Shown: piece after piece, positions 50,753 through 64,000 of the stretch
Layout: the number at the start of each line of letters is the position of its first letter
Numbering within the stretch: the first letter of the stretch is position 1
NCBI GenBank assembly: GCA_030324005.1
Contig: JARDVH010000110.1
Location: 51,552,773 to 51,616,772 of the forward strand
Length of the DNA stretch: 64,000 bases
Direction: 5' to 3'
DNA from: Negaprion brevirostris
Taxonomy: Eukaryota
Made by a program: the position numbers and the translations under genes
The notes under the pieces: generated by a model
Database searches by the model: none
What the model saw: only the letters and a program-made list of their open reading frames with translations
Told to the model about the DNA's origin: nothing

Positions 50753-52599
50753 AGCTTCCAAAGTGAAATTTTGACAGCGGTGGGATCACATGATCATGAA
50801 CCAGGATCATAATGGGCCATTNNNNNNNNNNNNNNNNNNNNNNNNNNNNNNNNNNNNNNNNNNNNNNNNNNNNNNNNNNNNNNNNNNNNNNNNNNNNNNN
50901 NNNNNNNNNNNNNNNNNNNNNNNNNNNNNNNNNNNNNNNNNNNNNNNNNNNNNNNNNNNNNNNNNNNNNNNNNNNNNNNNNNNNNNNNNNNNNNNNNNNN
51001 NNNNNNNNNNNNNNNNNNNNNNNNNNNNNNNNNNNNNNNNNNNNNNNNNNNNNNNNNNNNNNNNNNNNNNNNNNNNNNNNNNNNNNNNNNNNNNNNNNNN
51101 NNNNNNNNNNNNNNNNNNNNNNNNNNNNNNNNNNNNNNNNNNNNNNNNNNNNNNNNNNNNNNNNNNNNNNNNNNNNNNNNNNNNNNNNNNNNNNNNNNNN
51201 NNNNNNNNNNNNNNNNNNNNNNNNNNNNNNNNNNNNNNNNNNNNNNNNNNNNNNNNNNNNNNNNNNNNNNNNNNNNNNNNNNNNNNCAGGGAAAGCAAAG
51301 GAAATGCTAATGAATTCATCAAGGAGAGAGAAGCCTTCACGTAGTTTTACAAACGTCATGCCCAATCACAATGGAGTAATAAACATGCAATAGTGCAAAA
51401 TAATATGTTCTTTTTTCCCAATGGTAGCTCATTGGTTACTATGCTGTTTAAAACTAAGTAACAAACAGCTAATGCCCTGATCTGTGACTGAGAAGTGTTA
51501 ATAGCATCGTCACTGTGCTACAGGTCTCAGAACAGTTATACCTAGATTCAAGACTCACTAGATCCAAACTGCGAACAGTGAACAAAAAAACTGCACCTCA
51601 CGTTAAATTACAAGAAGTGACATCCTATCCAAGAACATTCCTTTCCATAATATTTGTTTGACAACAAATGCATCCATTCTATAACATTCTAATGGAAACA
51701 GAAATGATATCAAAATTCTTCCACCTACACAAGAATGACTGCACTTGAGAGTAATTCATTGCATGCCGAGTCCTTTAGATATTTCGGAGACACAATGTTA
51801 AGTTGCTTTATAATTGTATGCTTTCTCTATTTTAAATTCAATCTTCTTTCAATAACTGGACTAAATATCATGATGCACACATGACTTGCGCTTTATTTGA
51901 TCTTGACAGTTCATTTGATTAATGTTGCACCCAAGGAGCCCATTGCATAGCTTCCATCAATATATTTATTGCAGTGCATAACATATGTAAGTAGGTCATG
52001 CATTGATAAGAAGAGAAATCTATTGCTTAAGTAGCGCAGTAGTAACCCTGTGATTTAATACAATATCGATGCAGTCCTAAGCATGCTTTTAAACTAAACG
52101 TGTTACTTAAAATTTGAACATTAAAGAAAGTCACGTTTCATCTCCAACATCGTCAGCTAAAGGAAAGTAGACCCAATCCTTACACAGAGCCTTGGGTAAG
52201 GCTGACAACCCTCCTATTCAAAGATTAATGGGAATTGTCATCAATGACAAATTAATTGGTCTTTTTTAGATCTACTTCTTTATTCATCTTGTGTTCTTTC
52301 TTCCCGAGAGCTTGCCTTCATCATCTGCTGCCCTGGGGCTGCAGCTCTGTAGTCCTATTACTCAATCCCTTGCCAGACCCCAGCAGGATGCAGGAAAAAC
52401 CTGTGTAGGACGTGACAGCTGTCCCAAGAGAAATCCTGCCGTGTCCCAGCAATTAGAGGAGCAGTTGCTCAGGCACTTTCTGAAGCCATCTGTGCTAGTA
52501 GGTGACATTGAACAGAGCNNNNNNNNNNNNNNNNNNNNNNNNNNNNNNNNNNNNNNNNNNNNNNNNNNNNNNNNNNNNNNNNNNNNNNNNNNNNNATAA

Positions 52600-53500
52600 A
52601 AGGTCATTAATTTGTTGAGAAATAAATGTTCTCAGGTCATTTCAACTATAATGAATTATTCATTTAAAGGTTGGTTCATCTGTAGTATTTAGAGGTGATT
52701 TGTGAACATGCAGCACTCTAACGCAGGTTCTGTGTCAAAACATGCCAAAGTTAAATCCATTTCATTGCAGGGCAGTCAGTGAGTTTTTAAATATTTAAAA
52801 GGCAAAGTTAGCTGAGAAAAAATGAACAACAGGTTAAGCAAGCTGCTTCACACTGCTGCATTGGCTACGAGTGGTATTTCCCACTAACAAAATGCTGCTG
52901 CCAGTCCAAAAAGACATTCCGCCTACCACACAATTGGGCAATGCCATGTATGAATTTCAGTGCCAGTGCAATGCCAGGTACGTAGGTCATGCGTCACAAT
53001 GTCTGGCTGATTGAATTGAACAAAGTATTCTTTTATGATGGACAGATTTCAGACCATACTGAATCAGCTCACACTCTCAATACCCAAAACAACATGTCTA
53101 CTGTTTGATGTGATTCCATGACTGGACAGCACTTGCTAAGCAATTCTGAGAGTGCTAATAACTACACTAATAGCCAATTTAATAATCACTCAAGCTCCTA
53201 AATTGGCTCATTTATGCTTACTAGCCATGACATGCTGTGTAGCAATTTGTTCTCTGCAAACAAAANNNNNNNNNNNNNNNNNNNNNNNNAATTTTAGAAT
53301 TATTCAGGAACTTGGAGTCTGGTTCCAGCTGTTATCTCCACAGTGGCATCTTGGCCAGAGTTGACTTGCAGACCAATCATCACCTTTTTCTCCTATAGTA
53401 TAAATTATTGTACTGATTTGAAATTTGACGTTCTTGTATTTATTCTGATGAGTGTAAGACAAAAAGCTTTAGCAACACGCCTCTCTTTACAACAATATTT
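52600..53500 (+). mobile_element. Penelope-like element, GIY-YIG region and tail
   Basis: RVVFPTNKML...KDIPPTTQLGNAMYEFQCQCNARYVGHASQCLAD, ...GQHLLSNSESANNY, ...VLCKQ; hammerhead-like CTGATGAGTGTAAGAC-AAAAAGCTT at 53445-53469. Confidence 0.75.
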
Positions 53501-54774
53501 GATTTTTTGACATTATTATCCAACACTGAGTTTTGATCATTTAGACCATTAAATGTGACTCCTTGACCCATGTTTCTTTCACTGAAACATAGAAACATAA
53601 AAACTAGGTGCAGGATTAGGCTATTTGGCCTTTGAGTCTACACCAGCATTCAATATGATCATGATTGATCATGCACTTTCAGTTTTCCACTCCCGCTTTC
53701 TCTCCATACCCTTTGATCCTCTTAGCCACAAGAACCACATTCAGCTCCCGCTTGAACATCTCTAATGAACTGGCCCCAACAGCTTTCTGTGGTACAGAAT
53801 TCCGCAGCTTCACTACTCTCTGAGTGAAGAAGTTCTTCCTCATCTCAGCCCTGAACGGTTTACCCCGTATTCTTAGATTGTGACCTCCCCAACATCGGAA
53901 ACATTCTTCCCATATCTAGCCTGTCCAGGCCCATCAGAATTTTATATGTTTCTATGCGGCATGGTAGCACAGTGGTTAGCACTGCTACTTCACAACGGTT
54001 GGAATCTGGGTTTCATTCCTGGCTTGGGTCACTGTCTGTGTGAAATTTGCACATTCTCTACGTGACTGCGTGGTTTTCTTTAGGGTGCTCCAGTTTCCTC
54101 CTACAGTCCAAAGATGTACGAATCAAGTTGATTAGCCATGCTACATTACCACTTAGTGTTAGGGGGACTATGGTAAATACTTGGGCTATGGGGATAGGGG
54201 CTAGGTGGGATTACTTGTCAAGCACAATTTTCCTTTAGTGAATCCATGCTGACTTGGACCAGTCTTGTCACCGCTTTCCAAATGCTCAGTTATTACACCC
54301 TTGATCTCAGCGCTTGACCTTCAGAAGGGTATCCGCGGAATGGATTCACACTCTGGTGCTAGCCAGGATAGATTTAATTTGGGTTGGTTAGTTTGTGTGA
54401 AAGGAACATTCACTAGAAGTGTGCAGAGCAGACAGACCATAATGCCTATCAGCATGCAGTGCAGATTAGATGCCAGCAATATAATATTGAGGCTCAACTA
54501 GCTCCAATTTTGTATTATTTCAAACAGCTGAAATTACATTCAGCAGTGAATAGAGAGCAATGCTATTTAAAGAAATCATCAGTTCCTTTCAGGTTAGTTG
54601 CTGATTGATTTCTGCTGGCTGTTGCTGTGAACATAGAAGTATTTGTGATCTCTAGTATTGTTTGAAATATTTGAAGTCTACCAGGACTCATGGTATGAGT
54701 TGACAGGTTTTGTCCTGACCTCAATGATTCAGCAATAGTTTGTAAAATTCTGGGACTGCAGTACACATGGAAAC

Positions 54775-55980
54775 TCAAAGCAGGACCCAGCCATTTGGCT
54801 CTTCGAGCCTGCTCCACCATTCATTTTGATCATGGCTGATCATCAAATTCAATATCTTGATCCCTATCCCCCCCCCCCACGTTACCTGCATATTCCTCGA
54901 CTCCTTTATCCCAAGAGCTCTCTCNNNNNNNNNNNNNNNNNNNNNNNNNNNNNNNNNNNNNNNNNNNNNNNNNNNNNNNNNNNNNNNNNNNNNNNNNNNN
55001 NNNNNNNNNNNNNNNNNNNNNNNNNNNNNNNNNNNNNNNNNNNNNNNNNNNNNNNNNNNNNNNNNNNNNNNNNNNNNNNNNNNNNNNNNNNNNNNNNNNN
55101 NNNNNNNNNNNNNNNNNNNNNNNNNNNNNNNNNNNNNNNNNNNNNNNNNNNNNNNNNNNNNNNNNNNNNNNNNNNNNNNNNNNNNNNNNNNNNNNNNNNN
55201 NNNNNNNNNNNNNNNNNNNNNNNNNNNNNNNNNNNNNNNNNNNNNNNNNNNNNNNNNNNNNNNNNNNNNNNNNNNNNNNNNNNNNNNNNNNNNNNNNNNN
55301 NNNNNNNNNNNNNNNNNNNNNNNNNNNNNNNNNNNNNNNNNNNNNNNNNNNNNNNNNNNNNNNNNNNNNNNNNNNNNNNNNNNNNNNNNNNNNNNNNNNN
55401 NNNNNNNNNNNNNNNNNNNNNNNNNNNNNNNNNNNNNNNNNNNNNNNNNNNNNNNNNNNNNNNNNNNNNNNNNNNNNNNNNNNNNNNNNNNNNNNNNNNN
55501 NNNNNNNNNNNNNNNNNNNNNNNNNNNNNNNNNNNNNNNNNNNNNNNNNNNNNNNNNNNNNNNNNNNNNNNNNNNNNNNNNNNNNNNNNNNNNNNNNAAA
55601 TCATGCTGAAGCATCCCTGCATCCTCTTCACAGCTCACCCTCCCGCCCAATTTTGTATTATATTCACATTTGGAGATAATACATTCAATTTCCTATTTGA
55701 AATCATTAATATATAATGTGAACAGTTGGGGTCCTAGCACAGGTCCCTGCGGAATCACACTAATAACTGACTGCCAATCAGAAAAAGACCCATTTATGCC
55801 AATTCTTTGCTTTCTATCTGCTAACCAGCTTTCTATCCTCCCTGCAATTCGGTGTGTTTTAATTTAACATAGTGGTCTGTTATCTGAGACCTTGTCAAAA
55901 GCCTTCTAAAAGCCTAACTAAACCACATCTATTGGATCTCCTCAGTCAACTCTTCTAGTTACATCCTCAAAGAATTCCAA
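54775..55980 (-). mobile_element. CR1 LINE spanning an assembly gap
   Basis: RT motifs (VV*LGF*KAFDKV, SVIPQGPVLGPQLFTLYINDF, SKCEYNTKLGG) to the right of the gap and a CR1 3' UTR to its left. Confidence 0.8.
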
Positions 55981-56559
55981 TATGACAAGGAGAATGAGCA
56001 GAGGCAAAACAGAGCAGGTCATGGTAATAGAAGGGGAAGGTAGAGGTCGGATAAAAGGCTTTTCAAAGGTTGCAGGCTTCCCAGGGTATGTGATGTGTTT
56101 CAGCCAGCCCTGGTGAGGTTCCTAAAAGGTTGCTGGTCTGTATGAGACCCCTCAATTTGTCACCATTCAGCTGGGACATCCCCAAATTGTTACAAACTCA
56201 GGTAAGGCAGGCTCCACATTTTTATTCAACTCACCCTCTGCTGCTAGCAACAATATTTAATTGAACAAGGTTCCCTTTCACTTGGATAACTTTTCCAGAC
56301 CTAATATTCATGTTTGAAAAGGAGCCAATTTAAGTTAAGATGGAGTAAGCTTATTAACTACTAAAAAGTTAAGGAGAAATTGTAAAGCACATACATCTAC
56401 ATTCGTGAATTAGAAGTAAGAATCAAGTTCAATAGAAAGTAAATATATGACTCCAATGTATAGACTGTGACTGACAGAGATTGGGGTAGGTGAATGGTGG
56501 GAGTGCGTTGCATTGTGCAGTGTGGGTGAGGATAATGGTGGGATATGGCATTTTGAGAT

Positions 56560-56800
56560 GCATTTACTAATCTTGATCATTCATATGAACTAAAAGAATT
56601 TCTTACGACACTGCAGTCAGGTCCTTGGGACTTGATACCAAGCATTGAATGTCACAGTTATCTGCTCCCAATTGTCTTCACGCAGTTTGTTCAGAGGGCC
56701 ACCTGGCAGAGGACATCTCTTCTTGGATCCTTCATTTCCATCAAAGCATCCAGAGCAGCAACAGAGAACTTGGAGCATGATCTTGGTCCTGTCCTTCAAC
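56560..56800 (-). mobile_element. Harbinger Myb/SANT-like DNA-binding gene relic
   Basis: KFSVAALDALME..RRDVL / LREDNWEQITVTFNA..PRT*LQCRKKF, a trihelix Myb/SANT pattern with frameshifts. Confidence 0.7.
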
Positions 56801-59800
56801 TCACAATTTCTTCTGAAACCAGCACTTGTTCCCCTTTAAGAGGTGCAAGTTGGCTTTAATTTGTCTGGTCTAATAGTGCTAACATCACACATATTTGGGC
56901 CCCTGCTAAGACACACAGCTAATCATCAATAAGTTCAGTATTCGCTGTAAATTAGCAGATGACATGGATCAGGAGCAATGGGCAAGAGTTAGTTGCACTT
57001 ACTTTCAGTCCTTCTCCAATTTTGCAGCCTTAATATCACAGCCTGAGTGGGGCAGTGGTAGAGCCCCTTGTCCTGAGCTGGAGGGCCCTGCGTTTGCATC
57101 CCAGCCACAACTTGTTGACTACAGGAAAATCTAGCCATTGGTGCTGGTGTTCATTGGTGGCAGATCCCAGCCCAGAGAACTAGGGAAGGTTGTTGGCAGG
57201 GAGGACTTTCAGCTCTGAAAATACCCACCAAATCCAAACAATGATTGATGATATGAAACGTGATCTTTCAGCATTGTGGTGACCTCATGTAACCTGGCAA
57301 AACTTGAAGACAAAGTGTCATAATATCGTGAAAGAGGTGATGACATCTGTGTTCTAAATGTGTGGCTGGAATTGTTTAAAAAAATATATAAGCAGTCTTA
57401 AGATGATTTTCTTCACCGAACAAAAATATTACTGTCCAACTCACTGGTAATTTTCCAATGGCTTATAGAGTCTATCTAATGATTCAATTGTCAATCTTTG
57501 TTGTGCTAGGTAATCGTAGACAAAACATTCGTGGGGACTCTACAATTAACTTTAGTGCCCCTTGAGCTTCTGATGAAATTCAGTCAATCTTTCTGTTGGT
57601 AATTATTACCTTGGCTCTCGCCCTCATATGTGAATAACGGGTTAGGACTGGTTGGACACGGCACTGACATTTCACTCAGCCAAAAATGTGTTATAATTCC
57701 TTAGTTTGATTAATAACCATTTGGCCAAGATTCCAGAGGGTGCCAGTGCCTCTGAAAGCAAGCCCTGTCAATAAAAAAACAAAAAAAAAATACATTTTAA
57801 GAAAATAACAAATCACAATCGCAATCATATTCTGCATTCACACAAGACAAGGAACAGCATGTGCAGAGAGTCTATTTTCAGAAATCTGTTCATTCAATTC
57901 AGTTCAGACAATACCCGCAACGTATCTCTGACGCATCTTTGACATCACCATATAGTTGGCGCACTTCCTATTCTTCATAACTGGATATAAAAAAGGGCTT
58001 AAGATGGCAAGGGGAGGATAGTGTTGGTACTTTTATCCCCAAAGATGTTATTGACAACTTCCAGGGCATGTAATATGGCTCAAACCTCATCTGAGAATCA
58101 CACTACACTGGTGTAATGTCTCCATTTCAAGTTATTATCATTTTAATCTCTGAACATAAGAATTGGTGCTATGAGAATGTACTACTGAGAATCTAAAATC
58201 AGTATAACAATCTGTCGATGTCATTATGAGAAATCCAAGTGGAATCCAAATAAAGAAGACAAACTGGACTTCAGTTAAAAAAGAAATTGATTTCTAATTA
58301 AGTTTCAACTCAGCTTCCTTTTAAGTTTCTGGCACAATAAAAGGTTCTGAAATACTCAGCCAACCATAAATAAAGCATAACTTACTGTCACGTTTCAGGA
58401 GGAAGTCAACTTTTGTACAATTTTAAAGGAACCTTTGTTAACTCACCTCAAATTTGGCTTTTTCCTGATTGAAAGACAAGTCAACTTGATGATTTAACAC
58501 NNNNNNNNNNNNNNNNNNNNNNNNNNNNNNNNNNNNNNNNNNNNNNNNNNNNNNNNNNNNNNNNNNNNNNNNNNNNNNNNNNNNNNNNNNNNNNNNNNNN
58601 NNNNNNNNNNNNNNNNNNNNNNNNNNNNNNNNNNNNNNNNNNNNNNNNNNNNNNNNNNNNNNNNNNNNNNNNNNNNNNNNNNNNNNNNNNNNNNNNNNNN
58701 NNNNNNNNNNNNNNNNNNNNNNNNNNNNNNNNNNNNNNNNNNNNNNNNNNNNNNNNNNNNNNNNNNNNNNNNNNNNNNNNNNNNNNNNNNNNNNNNNNNN
58801 NNNNNNNNNNNNNNNNNNNNNNNNNNNNNNNNNNNNNNNNNNNNNNNNNNNNNNNNNNNNNNNNNNNNNNNNNNNNNNNNNNNNNNNNNNNNNNNNNNNN
58901 NNNNNNNNNNNNNNNNNNNNNNNNNNNNNNNNNNNNNNNNNNNNNNNNNNNNNNNNNNNNNNNNNNNNNNNNNNNNNNNNNNNNNNNNNNNNNNNNNNNN
59001 NNNNNNNNNNNNNNNNNNNNNNNNNNNNNNNNNNNNNNNNNNNNNNNNNNNNNNNNNNNNNNNNNNNNNNNNNNNNNNNNNNNNNNNNNNNNNNNNNNNN
59101 NNNNNNNNNNNNNNNNNNNNNNNNNNNNNNAAATGTGAACAATATTAAAATACAATTGAAAACTGACTCCACTGATGCAAATTGAGTTGAATTCCCCTTC
59201 ATTGATCCATCTGTTCTCTGTCACTTAATTCATAGAATTATAGAATTCCTGCAGTGCAGTAGAAGGCCATTCGGCCCAACAAGCCTAAATTAACAACCCC
59301 ACCCAGGCTCTATTCCCATAACCTCACATATTTACCCTGTTAATTCCCCCTGACACTAAGGGGCAATTTACCACATCCAACCAACCTAACCAATATATCT
59401 TTGGACTGTAGGAGGAAACCAGGGCACTCGGAGGAAATCCACACAGACACAGGGAGAATGTGCAGACTCCACACAGACAGTGACCCAGGCCGGAATCGAT
59501 CTTGTGCCCCTGGTATTGTGGGGCAGTAGTGCTAACCACTGAGTCACCTTGCTGTCCCTATTTATGTGAAATAACAAATACAATAAAGAAGGTGTCATAA
59601 AGTGTGCCACAAAATTACTTGCACTTTCACAGTAAGGAAAGATATACTTAAATATTAAGAAGCAATTTTGTTTTGAGACTTTGTTTTTCAGGCTATTGAA
59701 GTAATGGATATTGAAATATTGTCGTAAGTGAAATTCTTCTCTTCTGCTGTTCAAGGCACGCACTTAACCGAAGTGAACTACAGACTTGGAGGCTCTCGGC

Positions 59801-61982
59801 TCCTATTCACAAGCTACTGAATTAAGGTGGTCAAAAGACAATTCATTTGGTCGGGCTTTGCTCTCCATCAGGGAATAGAGATTTTTCTTCCTGGATTGAT
59901 AGATTGAAACAGAGGTGTCAGGGTTGAAAGGGCTATGTGAGCACATCCTTTCAAGCAAGTCTTGGCACTTCATTTCCAAGCTTGGCACAACTGGAATCTG
60001 AGACTGCTGTAATCAATCTTCTTGTAAATGTTCAAAATGTCTTCATGCTAGGTAAGGTGATGAAGTGGGAATGGGGTGGGTAGAGAGAGAGAAGGGAATG
60101 TTAAGTTATCTTGATCAAAGCTTTTGCTCTGTGACACATGTAAGAGAAGTACAAGATACAGTGAATAAAAATTTATTTCAAAAGATTAGAAGTTGAATAC
60201 TTCTGCACTATTTACTTAGGGCAAAATCTTACCAAAAAAAATGGCACAGTGTTGGTACTGGCAAGAAAAACTGCGTTTTTCTTCAGAGAAGCTGATTAAG
60301 TCAACAATGAGAGGCAGTGAAAATCAAAAGGCATGATCTTGCCAGTGAGATTCCCGACTTCTAGGATTGCCAGATCTTAAGTCCCCACAGATGGTGAGTG
60401 TAGGCTCAAGATCACCCCCTTAGTTATAGGGACATGGGAAACAGAGGTGACAGAGTGGCACAGCTGTGCCAGGGACCCAGGTTCGATTCCCGGCTTGGGT
60501 CATTGTGCAAACTCCATGTAGACATTCTCCCTTTGTTTACGGGGGTTTCCTCCAGGTGATCCTGTTTCCTTCCACAGTCAAAAGATGTGGGGGTTGGGTG
60601 GAGTGGCGGTGATAANNNNNNNNNNNNNNNNNNNNNNNNNNNNNNNNNNNNNNNNNNNNNNNNNNNNNNNNNNNNNNNNNNNNNNNNNNNNNNNNNNNNN
60701 NNNNNNNNNNNNNNNTGTTTCCTTCCACAGTCAAAAGATGTGCAGGTTAGGTGGATTGGCCATGATAAATTGTCCATTAGTGTTAGGAGGATTTTCTATG
60801 GCAAATGCATGGGGTTATAGGGATAGAGCCAAGGTGGGATTGTGGTCGGTGCAGAATCAATGGACTGAATGCCTCCTTTTGCACTGTAGGATTCTATGAT
60901 TCTGTAGGATTCTAGGAGGAGGCCATTCTGTCCATTGAGCTTGCTCCAACATTTAAACTGATCGTAACTAATCATCAACCACTGCATTATTTTCCTCACT
61001 ATCTCTATATTCCCTGATTTTGTTAGTATCCAAAATGTATCAATTTCTGTCTTGAGCATGCTCAGTGGTTCAGCTTCACACCCCTCTGAGGTATAGAGTT
61101 CCAAAGGTTCACCACCCTCTGAGTGAAGAAACTCCTCCTCATCTCTGTCTGAGTTGTTTGCTTTTGTTAGAATCTGTAGTATTGTGTAAAATATGCACAG
61201 TATCAACATGAATTGAGTCTGATTCATAAAGGACACAAGATCGAAAACAATCTTTAATAAATATGCAGAACACTCTTTCGCTATTGAGTTCACAGTATTA
61301 TTTCACTTTGTCTCATTGCCTATGTGATATAAACAATGTTTCACAGTAGATAGGTTCCAGTTACAGAGAGCAGTATTGATTGCACTGCTATCTGCTAGTT
61401 GAAAAATATAGGAATTTAGGAGCCCTAACTGCTTTATGTGTTTTTGTCTAGTAGCATAGTGGCAGATAGTCATTACCCCTCAGGAATCCTACCTGTTCAA
61501 TCATGTAAAAAAGTTGGGCTTCTCCAGTTACTATATGAATTGTATTAAGGTATGGTGCATTGTGCTACACAAGTCAAGGTGTTGCATTCCTTGATCCACA
61601 GTCTGTGCTGTATGGCTGCTTTCAACCATGGGCTATGTCGAGTTAGCTGAACTCATGCTGGTTTCATAACTGGAGCACTAAAATTGGTCNNNNNNNNNNN
61701 NNNNNNNNNNNNNNNNNNNNNNNNNNNNNNNNNNNNNNNNNNNNNNNNNNNNNNNNNNNNNNNNNNNNNNNNNNNNNNNNNNNNNNNNNNNNNNNNNNNN
61801 NNNNNNNNNNNNNNNNNNNNNNNNNNNNNNNNNNNNNNNNNNNNNNNNNNNNNNNNNNNNNNNNNNNNNNNNNNNNNNNNNNNNNNNNNNNNNNNNNNNN
61901 NNNNNNNNNNNNNNNNNNNNNNNNNNNNNNNNNNNNNNNNNNNNNNNNNNNNNNNNNNNNNNNNNNNNNNNNNNNNNNNNNN

Positions 61983-62505
61983 AGCTGCTGCTGCAGGTGT
62001 GAGTGCGAGCTGCGATAGTTCTTCCTCATCATGTCTTTCTGACCTTTCATCAGTCCTTGTCTTTCCAGCACTGCTGGGCCAGCTCGCAGTTCTTGGGTGA
62101 TGTGATGAGAGGAAGAGGTGTATAGTTAGCCCAACAACAGCTTCTAAATAAGATAGCATGATGTGGGACCTGAAGAGGACTACTAGGTTATCAGGATTCA
62201 ATCACATTTGATGGTTGTAGTACTGGCCATAGAATGTGCTGCAGTTAGTGGGTTAGGGCATTTGAAGATGTATTCACTGATTGTGATTATTTGCATGAGA
62301 TCATTGATCTTTTGCAGCACTCCCTCAGTCCCTCGCAGCTAGGCGTCAGACACTGACTGCCATGGCGATCTTGTGCCATTGCCCTTCCAAGGTTTCTTTG
62401 GAGTGCCTCCTGGCCCCTTGTGGATAGATGAAATCCCATCACATCTCTACCTCCTGCACCACAGTTCTAGTGCAATGTCAGAATTTTCAATGTGCACGAG
62501 CTTCT
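61983..62505 (-). mobile_element. Second Harbinger Myb/SANT-like gene relic
   Basis: SDIALE/VVQEVE...YPQGARRHSKETLEGQWHKIAMAVS...CCK/INDL, followed by an acidic DEEELSQLALTPAAA segment. Confidence 0.65.
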
Positions 62506-63081
62506 CTAGATTTTAAAACTAGCAAGTATCTATTAGTCACATGTCATTTACATTAACACAGTGAAAATCCCTTAGTCGTCACATTCTAGTGCCTGTTCGG
62601 GTACACCGAGGGAGGATTTAGCTTGGTCAATGCATTTAACCAGCACGGCTTTTGGCCTGTGTGTGGAGACCAGAGTACCCAGAGGAAATCCAAGCACACA
62701 TGAGGAGAACGTACAGACAGTGACCCAAGACAGGAATCAAACCTGGCTCTCTGTTGCTGTGAGCCAGAAGTGCTAACCACTGTGCCACCGTGATTTGTAA
62801 GCCCCGGCCAAGATATAGAGCCACTCAACAACGTGACTAGTGCTGGTTTTCCACAATAAGCATTTACATTCGCAGGCAGCGCAAAAATTGCATACTTCTC
62901 AAAAAGAAGCAAAGGGTGCCAATAATCCAGACTTGCAATCACCTTGCCCATTTTCAGGCACAGCTCAGGTATTATTCTAGGAAATCTATGTGAACTATCT
63001 ACAAATTCACTATCATCCTCCTAAGCTGTGGTGCCTGCTATTGGTGTATGCCATGACTCTGGGTAAAATGGCACACCTTAT

Positions 63082-63839
63082 TGTGAAGGTCCTGATCAGA
63101 ACCCCAAGTTACATTAGGATGTCAGACTTGACTACAACAGTGTTTCTGTTTTGGCATAAATGTGAGGATAGGTATTTTTTCCCAGGAGTGATTCCACTGA
63201 CAGGATAGGGATTTTTAGTGAAACAGCCTTATTTACTAACACAGTTTAAATATAACTCTAATGCATCTTAACGATTAACAGCTGAACAATATTTAAAAAT
63301 GAAAGGAAGCAACTTTACTTTCTAGCTATGATTGTTCCAGTTCCAAATAAGCCACATTCTTGCACAAATCAAAATGACTTTTAAATAAATATAGTGAGCA
63401 AACCCAAACATTTGTTACCAGTCCTGGAGCTTTCTGAGAGATGGGGTTCCAAAAGCCTGCAAAATTCCTCTAACTTCAGCCAGGCTTCTGCTGCAAACCT
63501 AAACTGCTTCCAGCTGAAGTTGTTTTCTCCACAGACCCAGCATGCACAGAAACCACATCATCACATGACCCTGTCAATCACACTAATCAGAAATCCCAGA
63601 GGAACTTAAGTAAATAGAAGTCTATTAGCTCTACTTAAACACTTGCAAGATTGAAATGAGTAATTATCCTGTTCTCCCAAAATCTGAGCTGCAATCCCAC
63701 CAGACATACTGACTGCCTGCATAATAAAACTGAATTTATAATCATTCCCCTCAAATATAAAAACCAAATATATTGTATCCATATCAATTGCACTACTATC
63801 ACCACATTATTAGTGAAATCTACATGATCTCCTATTACA
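63082..63839. mobile_element. Possible solo LTR
   Basis: TGTG...TACA ends with imperfect terminal inverted sequence and no coding content. No TSD found. Confidence 0.3.
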
Positions 63840-64000
63840 AATTGCTAGCTCTAAAGACCCCTATTAATTTCTCCACAGTGGCTTCTCAGAACCTGTCTGG
63901 TAAATCCTGTAATTTTCCAGCACTAAAATGACGACAATATGTTAATCTACTGCTATTGAGACACTGAAACTTAGATACTCTCTTCCTTTCCCATGAGACA

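Noticed and set aside
52270-52518. GC-richer stretch with open frames on both strands (minus DGFRKCLSNCSSNCWD...ARD* followed by AATAAA)
   Set aside because: No recognisable homology, weak splice support and truncation by a gap; not callable.
50751-59224. Long ORFs (up to about 300 aa) at 50.8, 54.8 and 58.4 kb, and similar ones at 34.2 and 61.7 kb
   Set aside because: They are made almost entirely of X residues from N gaps.

Overview
Vertebrate genomic DNA from a gapped draft assembly (many N runs). The repeat content (HE1-type V-SINEs, DeuSINEs, CR1 3' ends, Penelope, Harbinger and Gypsy relics) points to an elasmobranch, probably a shark. Most six-frame ORFs are repeat-derived or N-inflated noise. 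The main coding signal is a multi-exon minus-strand gene, rebuilt here by hand from GT-AG sites. Its exon phases chain from an ATG at 32108 to about 5500 (about 460-480 aa), and a candidate TATA/CCAAT/CRE promoter lies at about 39.45-39.55 kb. One exon encodes DESKAWYKSMFK, which resembles the sorbin-homology (SoHo) core of SORBS1/2/3 (KDWYKTMFKQIH), so this may be a highly divergent SORBS paralog; no SH3 exons are visible in the window. The most striking non-coding structure is a ~200-bp Penelope-derived element at 41.95-42.15 kb with a 72-bp-arm hairpin, an 11-bp target-site duplication and an intact-looking minimal hammerhead-ribozyme core. Protein and repeat family calls rest on remembered motifs, not database searches, and repeat boundaries are approximate.
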